Assembly (NCBI GenBank): GCA_038889235.1
Contig: JAWAHN010000001.1
Location: 270,001 to 302,000 of the forward strand
Source: Candidatus Jordarchaeales archaeon
GTDB taxonomy: Archaea; Asgardarchaeota; Jordiarchaeia; Jordiarchaeales; Freyrarchaeaceae
Length of the DNA: 32,000 nucleotides
Reading direction: 5' to 3'
Numbering within the stretch: position 1 is the stretch's first letter; the number at the start of each line of letters is the position of its first letter. Shown here in pieces: positions 24,567 to 32,000 of this stretch. The notes under the pieces are model-generated. The model made no database searches, was not told the origin of the DNA, and saw nothing but the letters and a program-made list of their open reading frames with translations. The position numbers and the translations under genes were made by a program.

Positions 24567-25210
24567 CACCACACGAGCTTAGCTGCCCCGACTTTGACAT
24601 TCCTGTCGAGTGGGGGATTTATTTTGAGAAAGTCTGCTTCCCTTCCCTCGCTCTTCATCCTCTCCCACACCTTCACCCAGACGCAGTCAACTTCATCCCC
24701 GATAACCCCACACTTGCCGTTAATCATATCTTCGCACGGCCCGTTCATGAGCCCCTTCGCGCACAAAACCTTAGGACATAACCCCTCTGTCTCGTTGAGG
24801 ACGCATACCCCACACTCTCTGCACCTTTCTAAAAATCGTCCTATGTGCTCCACCTCCCCAAGGAAGACGGTGTCTAGGGCGGCCACTGTCTTCTTTCCGC
24901 TGGCTTCACCTACAGCTTGCACCCCTGCACCGCAAGACATGACAAGCAGAGCATCAGCCCTTTTGACCTCCTCATCGATTCTCTTTAGGTCACGTCTGTT
25001 TATCCTAACGTCGCAAGGTGATTCTATTACTATTGAGGCTAGGACGTTTTTGCCCCACTCCAGGAGCTTCTTAACCATCTCCTTCACTTGATCCTCGCCA
25101 CCGGTCCTACATATCGTGGCGCATGTACCACACCCGATGACTACTATGTCGCGGTATGGTTCAAGCGCCCGCTTTACCTCCTCATCAGACTTAGCCACGG
25201 TAACTATCAA
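24566..25210 (-). CDS. metV: MetV (MTHFR C-terminal-domain-type Fe-S/Zn protein)
   Basis: GCGTCATIC.TGG, SCGAGVQ, ERCRECGVC.L...GLCP...CAKGLMNGPC, GKC, CVW. The likely start is TTG at 25210 (track 25225). Confidence 0.85.
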   Translation of the reverse strand: MIVTVAKSDEEVKRALEPYRDIVVIGCGTCATICRTGGEDQVKEMVKKLLEWGKNVLASIVIESPCDVRINRRDLKRIDEEVKRADALLVMSCGAGVQAVGEASGKKTVAALDTVFLGEVEHIGRFLERCRECGVCVLNETEGLCPKVLCAKGLMNGPCEDMINGKCGVIGDEVDCVWVKVWERMKSEGREADFLKINPPLDRNVKVGAAKLVW

Positions 25211-25381
25211 TTCAAAAACCCCCAACTGCCGGGAGACAAAACTAATTGGCTCGCAGGCATAATTTAAATGTTGTTTTCCGCCACCACATGAGAAGGCCAG
25301 AGTCTTTGTCTGAAAATTTTATAACTAGGGAGGAAAACATGAAAAAACTAAAAAGTAGGCACGAACCGGTGGGTTCTAGGC

Positions 25382-26290
25382 TTGAATGAGGCGAGTAGGC
25401 AGCTTATACATGCTTCCTGCTTAAGCACTACTTGGAAGCTTTTCCTTAACTGTAGGCCGTGGAATGCAGCTAGCTGGGCTAGCTTAGTAGTGTTCGGGTG
25501 GACGACGACAATTAAAGAATTCTCACTTGTAGACTTCTTCGCCAACTTAGTTGTTCTAGGCTTCTTTTCAGTACTTCTTAACGGAGTCTCCTTCGCTGTC
25601 AACAACGTTTTTGACATTGAAGAGGATAGGAGGGCTTCTAAGAGGAACCTCGTCGCAAGTGGAGAGGTCGATGCGAGAAAGGTACTTATGTTCTCCCTAG
25701 TTATTAGTGGATTCTCGCTTGTCTTTTTCGCCTACACCTGCGGGCTAGAGGGAGCGCTACTTGCGCTATCCTGCCTCGTGCTTGGTTTGCTCTACTCGGC
25801 GCCGCCTTTCAGGTTCAAGGAGAGGCCCATGCTAGATGTGGCATCCCACGGCCTTTTCTTGGGATCCCTCCTAGTTTTACTGGGGGCTTACTTTAGAGAC
25901 GGGGCGCCAAACAACGTGACCTATGCTTACTCGATAGCCTTCTTCTTCATCTCGTGCATCTTCCAGCTTCAGAACCTGCTCGGGGACTATGCTTTCGACA
26001 GAGACGCGGGAGTTAAGACGAGTATTGTGAGACTTGGCTCTCTTGAAAAGGGACGGGTGATTTCCAGCATTTTCATCGCTGTCGGGATCGTTGTAACCGT
26101 GGTGGCTGCGTGGCATTTCAACATTAACCCGCTACTATTAGCTGTCTTGCTTTCCGTGCAGGTCTTGAATCTTCTGCTCATCCAGCCTAAAACTCCAGTT
26201 TACGCGGTTTACGTTTTCCAGAAGAAGGTTCAGCCATACCTAATGACGTGTTGGGGAACTGTTCTGCTTTTCGCAACGCTAGTCTCTTGA
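25382..26290 (+). CDS. UbiA-superfamily prenyltransferase
   Basis: NNVFDIEED and NLLGDYAFD..G aspartate-rich motifs, YSAPPFRFKERP, many TM segments. Start is uncertain. Confidence 0.85.
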   Translation: MNEASRQLIHASCLSTTWKLFLNCRPWNAASWASLVVFGWTTTIKEFSLVDFFANLVVLGFFSVLLNGVSFAVNNVFDIEEDRRASKRNLVASGEVDARKVLMFSLVISGFSLVFFAYTCGLEGALLALSCLVLGLLYSAPPFRFKERPMLDVASHGLFLGSLLVLLGAYFRDGAPNNVTYAYSIAFFFISCIFQLQNLLGDYAFDRDAGVKTSIVRLGSLEKGRVISSIFIAVGIVVTVVAAWHFNINPLLLAVLLSVQVLNLLLIQPKTPVYAVYVFQKKVQPYLMTCWGTVLLFATLVS

Positions 26291-26320
26291 TAAAATAAGG
26301 GGTTTGTGAGCCTTTAACGG

Positions 26321-27370
26321 TCACTTCCTCAGAAATTCCGCGATAAGTCTCTCAGCGTCGGATAGCCTTACGGAAAACGGTGGCTTCTTGAAGCCGTAAG
26401 CGCAAAGGGGAAGTATAACGCCGCCCATCCCCTTGTCCATTGCGAACTTGACCCCTCTTATTACGTCGACGAGTATTCCGGCGGCGTTTGGCCCGTCCAC
26501 GGTGTTGAGGAATATGTCTATTTTCACCGGCGTTCTGTTAAAGTAAAGTCCTCTAACCCAGAAGTAGGATGCCCTAGAGTTTTTCATGAAGCTTATGTAG
26601 TCAGTTGTTCCCGCTACAACCGGCGCGTCGTATGGAAGCGAGGCTTTAACCGCCGCAGTCTTAACCCGCCTTTTGAAGTCACCCCTATCCCTCTGCAGAG
26701 TGTTTAGAGCTTCCAAGCCACCGCCTATGTCTAGCTGGTATGTTTCCTCTACCTTGACACCCCTTTTCACGAGGAACTCTAGGATCGCCTTGTGCAGGAC
26801 TGTGGCGCCTATCTGGTCCATTAGGTCGTCTCCGACTAAAGGTAGGCCGGCCGACTGGAACTTTGAGGCCCACTTTTCGCTCACGGCGATCTCAGCCGGC
26901 GTCGCGTTTATGAACGCGCAGCCAGCCTTGAGAGCTTGTTCAGCATACCAATTTGAAGCCTCAACGCCGCCAGTGGGTATGAGGTTGACTAATATTTCGG
27001 CACCGGACTCTTTGAGCTCTTTAGCTACGTCCACCGGTTTCTCCTCGCTCACCTTAACATAGTCGGAGATGTATTCGCCGATCCCGTCCTTAACCTCGCC
27101 CATCTTGACCTTGACACCAGTTTTCGGGACGTCATAAATCTTCTCGTAACAATTGGGTTCAGCGAAAATGGCTTCCGAGAGGTCTTTCCCAACCTTGCGT
27201 GCGTCAACGTCAAAGGCAGCCACAAATTCTATGTCACCAACAGTGTATCCGCCGAAAACTTCGTGCATTAGCCCGACGGTATCACCATGATTCTTGTACA
27301 TGTAAACCCCTTGGACAAGAGCGGAGCAGCAGTTTCCAACGCCTGCAACCGCAACCTTGATCTTACCCAT
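26321..27370 (-). CDS. ino1: myo-inositol-1-phosphate synthase-like protein (divergent)
   Basis: MGKIKVAVAGVGNCCSALVQG, FVAAFDVD.RKVG.DL, AFINATP, GDD, DGPNAAG, KKPP. The real start is ATG 27370; the track extension to 27715 overlaps mer. Confidence 0.75.
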   Translation of the reverse strand: MGKIKVAVAGVGNCCSALVQGVYMYKNHGDTVGLMHEVFGGYTVGDIEFVAAFDVDARKVGKDLSEAIFAEPNCYEKIYDVPKTGVKVKMGEVKDGIGEYISDYVKVSEEKPVDVAKELKESGAEILVNLIPTGGVEASNWYAEQALKAGCAFINATPAEIAVSEKWASKFQSAGLPLVGDDLMDQIGATVLHKAILEFLVKRGVKVEETYQLDIGGGLEALNTLQRDRGDFKRRVKTAAVKASLPYDAPVVAGTTDYISFMKNSRASYFWVRGLYFNRTPVKIDIFLNTVDGPNAAGILVDVIRGVKFAMDKGMGGVILPLCAYGFKKPPFSVRLSDAERLIAEFLRK

Positions 27371-27588
27371 ACCAAAGCCCTCCGAGACGTGAAAACAGGG
27401 GAATGCCGCAAAATCCCTAGCTGGGGGTACATTAAAAAAGGTTGCGTTTAGCAACTTTGCAACCCAAGAATCTAACGGCTTAAAGTCAAGCATGCGTCCT
27501 TTAAACGGCAAAGGATGAGAAGACACAACCTGGGAGCTGAGTGCAAGAAAAGCGGGGAGGTCGTTTTTGGTTCCAGGAAAAAGGGAGT

Positions 27589-28572
27589 TTAGAGCGTTGG
27601 GAGAATTTCTTTCCCAATAAGCTCTATGGCTTTCATCTTGTCCGCCGCTATAGGTGAGCCGACGACCAACTGTGTAACTCCTATCTTTACTAGTTGCGCC
27701 ATTTTCTCCGCGCACTCGCTCGGTGTGCCGTATATCGAGAAGGCTTCAAGCATGTCGTCGGTCACGCTCTTAGCCGCCTTCCCTATCTTGCCAGACCCTA
27801 TCAGCTCCCTTATTTGCTGAACCGCGCTCTCAGAGATCCCGTGCCTTTCGAGCACAACGCTCGGAGCGGCCGCAGCGATGAACGCTACGACGTATGTAGC
27901 CATTTTCTTCGCTTCCTCCCTGTTCGCGTCCACCGAGAAGCTGGTGTAAGCTACTATGTCGAATTCCTTCTTCCCGGTTTTACTTAGCGTTTCCTTGATT
28001 ATCTTAACTGCAGGCTCTATGTCCTTCGGGTTTGAGGCGTTGATGAGAGCGCCGTTCCCGATTTCAGCCGCTAAGGCGAGCATCTTTGGACCCTGAGCCC
28101 CTATGTATATGGGAATTTCACCTGCAGGCTTGTAGCTGAGACGGGCGTTCTTTATCTTGAACATCTGCCCGTCGTACTTGACGGCTTCGCCCTTCCAGAG
28201 AAGGCGGCATATTTCGACTACTTCCTTCACAGCAGTCAGTGGGTTCTTCCACTCTACTCCAAGCTGGTCAAGTGTGCCTTTGTCACCTGCCCCTATCCCC
28301 ATCACGGCTCTTCCTCTAGAGATCTCGTCTATTGTAGCTACTGCTGAAGCCGTCACAGCAGGGTAAACCAAGAACGGGTTGGTGACGCCGGGCCCCAACC
28401 TTATCTTGCTGGTGTTTGCTGCCGCCACCGCCAGAGTGGCATAAACGTTGCGATTGTTGTAGTGATCAGTTACCCAAGCGTAGTGAAAACCATTCTCTTC
28501 AGCGTGTTTAATGTATTTGACCGTCTCCATAGTGTCCCTTTCCGGGACTAACTCTATTCCTATCTTGACCAA
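27589..28572 (-). CDS. mer: F420-dependent methylene-H4MPT reductase
   Basis: GIELVP, WVTDHYNNRNVY, LGPGVTNP, GRAVMGIGAGD, PIYIGAQGPKML, LINASNPKD, VVAFIAA, G.TQLVVGSP. Confidence 0.9.
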   Translation of the reverse strand: MVKIGIELVPERDTMETVKYIKHAEENGFHYAWVTDHYNNRNVYATLAVAAANTSKIRLGPGVTNPFLVYPAVTASAVATIDEISRGRAVMGIGAGDKGTLDQLGVEWKNPLTAVKEVVEICRLLWKGEAVKYDGQMFKIKNARLSYKPAGEIPIYIGAQGPKMLALAAEIGNGALINASNPKDIEPAVKIIKETLSKTGKKEFDIVAYTSFSVDANREEAKKMATYVVAFIAAAAPSVVLERHGISESAVQQIRELIGSGKIGKAAKSVTDDMLEAFSIYGTPSECAEKMAQLVKIGVTQLVVGSPIAADKMKAIELIGKEILPTL

Positions 28573-28619
28573 GGATATACGCCTCCCTCACCTTGAAGCG
28601 ATTTTCGATTTACCTTTGT

Positions 28620-28662
28620 TTTAAACTTTTCTTTTTAACAATTGTTAAACAACATTTATATA
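28620..28662. promoter_or_regulatory. Divergent promoters (mer / hdrA) flanking a perfect 16-bp palindrome
   Basis: Minus-strand TTTAAAA at 28620-28626, palindrome TTTAACAATTGTTAAA at 28634-28649, plus-strand TTTATATA at 28655-28662. Confidence 0.6.
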
Positions 28663-28712
28663 ACTACTAGGTTACCGTTACACACGAGAAAGCACGAAGG
28701 GAGCGCAAAGGT

Positions 28713-31088
28713 TTGGAAGGCAAGTGTAAGATAGGTGTTTTCGTGTGTCATTGCGGGCACAACATAGCTGGTGTGGTTGATGTTCAAGCAGTGGTAGATG
28801 AAATAAGGAAGCTCCCGGACGTTTACTGCGTAGATCACACTTACGTCTGCTCTAAGTCTGGTTTGAACCTGGTAAAGGAGAAGATAGCCGAGGAAGGGCT
28901 TAACAGGGTTGTGATAGCGGCGTGCACTCCCAAGTTACACGAGAAACTGTTTCAGAAAACGCTGGAAGAAGCTGGGCTTAACAAGTACTTGTTGTCACAG
29001 GCTAATATTAGGGAGCAGTGCTCGTGGGTTCACAAGGCGAGCCCGAGGAAGGCTACTTTGAAGGCAATAGATTTGACGAAGATGGCTATCGCGAAGGCTA
29101 GGCTTCTCCGAGAGCAGAACAAAATAGAGGTTCCAGTGGAAAGGGCGGTGCTCGTCGTAGGGGGAGGCATAGCTGGGATAACAGCGGCGCTGAACCTCGC
29201 CGACCTCGGTCACAAGGTTTACCTGGTCGAGAAGAAGCCGTCGATAGGCGGGCACATGGCGATGCTCGATAAGGTTTTCCCCACAAGGGATTGCTCGATA
29301 TGCATACTCGGCCCCCTCATGGTTGAGGTCAGCAGGCATCCGAACATAGAACTTATAACGTGCGCGGAGGTGACCCGGGTTTCTGGGTGGATAGGGAACT
29401 TCGAGGTTGAAATAACGAAGCACCCACGCTTTGTAAAGGAGGACGAGTGCACGGGTTGCGGTGTGTGCGCTGAGTTCTGCCCGGTAGAGGTCCCAAACGA
29501 GTTTGACCAGGGGCTTGGAGTTAGGAAGGCTATTTATCTCCCCTTCCCACAAGCGGTACCATTAGTTTACGTTATAGACCCGGAGCACTGTATAGGGTGT
29601 AGGGCGTGCGAGGCAGTTTGCGAGAGGGAGGCCATCGACTTTAACCAGAAGGAGGAGAAGATCAGGGTTAAGGTTGGTGCGATACTCATAGCTACAGGGT
29701 ACGACACGTTTAACCCCGCTGAGAAAAGAAACCTTGGCTACGGAATTTTCAAGAACGTTGTAACCTCGCTAGAGCTTGAAAGAATGCTTTCGCCGTCAGG
29801 GCCGACAATGGGAGAAGTGGTGAGACCCTCTGACGGTAGAGTTCCAAGACGCATTGTTTTCGTGCAGTGCGTTGGATCAAGGGATGAAAGCGTCGGTAGG
29901 ACTTATTGTTCGAGGGTTTGCTGCACTTACGCGGTTAAACAAGCGCTGGAGTTGAAGGAGCGCATACCCGGAGCTGAGGTTTACATTTTCTACCAGGATA
30001 TGAGGACTTTCGGTAAGGGGTTCGAGGAGCTTTACAGGGAGGCGTTGAGGGAGAGAATCAGGTTTGTCAGAGGGCTGGTGAGCAAGGTTGTTGAGGACGG
30101 GAAGACGGGGAACTTGATAGTTAGGGCTGAGGACACTCTTATGGGAGCCCCGGTCGAAGTGGAAGCCGACCTCGTAGTTTTATCTGTCGGCATGATCCCC
30201 TCCAAGGACACTGAAAGACTGCTTTTCGTTCTCAACGTCCCGGTTAGCGAGGATGGCTTTGTCATGGAGGCGCACCCCAAGCTCAGGCCAGTTGAGACAC
30301 AGGTTCCCGGGATATTCGTCGCTGGATGCGCTCAGGGGCCTAAGGATATACAGGATAGTGTTGCGCAGGCGAACGCGGCCGCATCCAAGATATCAGCCCT
30401 CCTATCTAAGGGTGTTGTGGAGCTTGAACCCTTCGTTCCGATGGTAAACTACGAGGTGTGTGTAAGGTGTGGCCTGTGTGTCGCGGCGTGTGACAGGGAC
30501 GTGTTGAAGCTTGATAAGGAGAAGGGTGTAGAGGTTAAGGGTGTGGGTTGTGTTGGCTGCGGGGCATGTGCTGGAGCATGTCCGACGGGAGCACTACAGA
30601 TAGCGCTGTTGAGCGACGAAATGATAAGGGCGCAGATAGACGCAGCCCTAGAAGAGAAGAAGGAGCACCCGTTAGTGATAGGCTTCCTCTGCAACTGGTG
30701 TGCTTATAGCGCGGCGGACACTGCTGGAGTCGCTAAGATACAGTATCCGACGAATATTAGAACGATATGGGTTCCGTGCGCTGGGAGAGTTAACCCCATC
30801 TTGATCCTCGAAGCGCTGGAGAAGGGAGCTGACGGTGTCCTAGTGCTTGGCTGCTATCCTCAGGACTGCCACTACCGGACGGGGTTTGATAAGGCTAAGA
30901 GGAGGGTCGAAGCGCTGAGGGAGCTGCTTAAAGCTGCAGGCATAGACCCTAGGAGGGTTAGGATAGAGAGCATGGCTGCGTCTGAGGGAAAGAAGTTCGC
31001 GACCGTCGTAAGAGAGTTCGTCGAGGAGCTGAAGAAGATGCCAGTTCTGGGGGAGGAGCTGGTTAGGGTTGCTGAGGTGAAGAGGTGA
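28713..31088 (+). CDS. hdrA: Heterodisulfide reductase subunit A fused to C-terminal MvhD
   Basis: IGVFVCHCG, NIREQCSWVH, VLVVGGGIAG, DKVFPTRDCSIC, 2x[4Fe-4S] insert, QCVGSRD..YCSRVCC, AGCAQGPKDI, C-terminal ferredoxin. Then MvhD motifs FLCNWCAY, CAGRV and GCYPQDCHY. Confidence 0.95.
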   Translation: MEGKCKIGVFVCHCGHNIAGVVDVQAVVDEIRKLPDVYCVDHTYVCSKSGLNLVKEKIAEEGLNRVVIAACTPKLHEKLFQKTLEEAGLNKYLLSQANIREQCSWVHKASPRKATLKAIDLTKMAIAKARLLREQNKIEVPVERAVLVVGGGIAGITAALNLADLGHKVYLVEKKPSIGGHMAMLDKVFPTRDCSICILGPLMVEVSRHPNIELITCAEVTRVSGWIGNFEVEITKHPRFVKEDECTGCGVCAEFCPVEVPNEFDQGLGVRKAIYLPFPQAVPLVYVIDPEHCIGCRACEAVCEREAIDFNQKEEKIRVKVGAILIATGYDTFNPAEKRNLGYGIFKNVVTSLELERMLSPSGPTMGEVVRPSDGRVPRRIVFVQCVGSRDESVGRTYCSRVCCTYAVKQALELKERIPGAEVYIFYQDMRTFGKGFEELYREALRERIRFVRGLVSKVVEDGKTGNLIVRAEDTLMGAPVEVEADLVVLSVGMIPSKDTERLLFVLNVPVSEDGFVMEAHPKLRPVETQVPGIFVAGCAQGPKDIQDSVAQANAAASKISALLSKGVVELEPFVPMVNYEVCVRCGLCVAACDRDVLKLDKEKGVEVKGVGCVGCGACAGACPTGALQIALLSDEMIRAQIDAALEEKKEHPLVIGFLCNWCAYSAADTAGVAKIQYPTNIRTIWVPCAGRVNPILILEALEKGADGVLVLGCYPQDCHYRTGFDKAKRRVEALRELLKAAGIDPRRVRIESMAASEGKKFATVVREFVEELKKMPVLGEELVRVAEVKR

Positions 31089-31093
31089 GAGAC

Positions 31094-32000
31094 ATGGCTG
31101 AACAGGTTGAAGTCAGGAAGGAGGCTGAGTTTGAAGAGGAAAGGATGCTCTTCAAGTGGTCGACCGAGAAACTTGAGAAGAAGCTGATCTATGACGCTGA
31201 AAGGTGTGTTGGGTGTGGTCTCTGCAAGGAGGTTTGCCCTTCAAATGCCATAGAGCTTGGACCGATTCCCGAGATAGCCATGGGGGAGGTTGAGGCGCCT
31301 AAGATAATGATAAATCAGGATGCGTGCAGCTACTGCGGGTTGTGCTCAGCGGTTTGCCCTGTTAAGGCTATAAGGTTCGAGATGAAGGGCAAATCCATCC
31401 TGGAAATGGAGGAGTACCCGAGGCTGATCAAAGAGGTCAAGGTGGATGAGGAGAAGTGTGCTCCCTGCCTCATATGCCAGTACACGTGTCCAAATGACGC
31501 CATAAAAGTGAACCTTTCCATCAAGAAGAAGGACAAGTTAGTTAGGTACAAGGAGAAGCCGCCGGGTAAGATTGAGGGAACTATAAGGATCGACAAGGAG
31601 AAGTGCGTGCTCTGCGGAAGGTGCGAGGTTCTCTGCAACGCCATAGAGATCAGCTGGAAGGACGTGAAGCCGAACGACCCGAGGCCAGGCTACGATATAA
31701 GGGTGGTGGAGGAGGAGTGCGATTACTGCGGACTATGCAAGGAAGTGTGCCCTTACGACGCGATAGAGGTCGAGTGTAAGACGAAAGTTGAGAGGGAGAT
31801 AGAAAAACCCGAAGTTTCAGGCAAGGTTGAAGTGAACCTCGACGACTGCATAACATGTGGCTGGTGTGCTAAATCTTGCCCGAAGAAAGCTATAACGGTG
31901 AACAAGGCGTTTGAGGGGGAGCTATCTATAACCGACATAGACAAGTGTGATCCAGTTGGGTGCAAGGCTTGCCTGAAAATATGCCCGGGGAACGTGTGGT
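31094..32000 (+). CDS. fwdF: Polyferredoxin, FwdF-like (formylmethanofuran dehydrogenase subunit F); truncated by window end
   Basis: ATG at 31094 after GAGGTGA, and the frame is open to the end. Translation: MAEQVEV..LIYDAERCVGCGLCKEVCPSNAIELGPIPEIA..CSYCGLCSAVCP..CAPCLICQYTCP..CVLCGRCEVLC..CDYCGLCKEVCP..CITCGWCAKSCP..CDPVGCKACLKICP. LGPxxxIA and CDPxGC match FwdF. Missing from the ORF track. Confidence 0.85.
   Translation, partial: MAEQVEVRKEAEFEEERMLFKWSTEKLEKKLIYDAERCVGCGLCKEVCPSNAIELGPIPEIAMGEVEAPKIMINQDACSYCGLCSAVCPVKAIRFEMKGKSILEMEEYPRLIKEVKVDEEKCAPCLICQYTCPNDAIKVNLSIKKKDKLVRYKEKPPGKIEGTIRIDKEKCVLCGRCEVLCNAIEISWKDVKPNDPRPGYDIRVVEEECDYCGLCKEVCPYDAIEVECKTKVEREIEKPEVSGKVEVNLDDCITCGWCAKSCPKKAITVNKAFEGELSITDIDKCDPVGCKACLKICPGNVW

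Noticed and set aside
24513-25091. 192-aa + strand ORF and the other 60-190 aa antisense ORFs in the track
   Set aside because: They are shadows of well-supported opposite-strand genes, S/P/T-rich and without motifs.
27371-27715. 115-aa N-terminal extension of the ino1-like ORF
   Set aside because: It overlaps the mer 3' end and a promoter-like spacer; the family N-terminus starts at ATG 27370.
29130-29142. ORB-like sequence GTTCCAGTGGAAA (archaeal origin recognition box core)
   Set aside because: Single copy inside hdrA coding sequence (codons for VPVE), without the G-string, an AT-rich unwinding element or an adjacent cdc6.
1-32000. CRISPR arrays, tRNA/rRNA genes, IS elements
   Set aside because: No regularly spaced 24-40 bp repeats, cloverleafs, rRNA signature sequences or transposase ORFs were seen on manual reading.

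Overview
Archaeal chromosomal window, about 50% GC, gene-dense, with strong Shine-Dalgarno sites and many TTG starts. It encodes H4MPT/F420-type C1 genes (mer, hdrA-mvhD fusion, fwdF), a PolB3-type polymerase and a 1318-aa glycosylated membrane protein with an Asgard-like C-terminus. This suggests a thermophilic Asgard archaeon (Jord-/Freyarchaeia-like), or possibly Bathyarchaeia; the assignment is inference only. About 31 CDS are supported, including a VapBC toxin-antitoxin pair, an acyl-CoA synthetase alpha subunit, a paaK-SIS-HAD operon, metV-metF, ubiA-like and ino1-like genes. I found no rRNA, tRNA, CRISPR array or transposase. The main unusual signals are: (1) several intact ORFs whose canonical catalytic residues are replaced (PolB proofreading exonuclease, MetF, a HAD phosphatase, DUF362, partly the Ino1-like and SIS proteins); (2) a C1 cluster placing a degenerate MetVF next to Mer and HdrA-MvhD-FwdF, with a perfect 16-bp palindrome between the divergent mer and hdrA promoters; (3) a GC-rich, multi-hairpin intergenic segment at about 230-400 resembling an SRP Alu-like module; (4) strong local G+T versus A+C strand skew. 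All protein calls come from motif recognition by eye; no searches were run.
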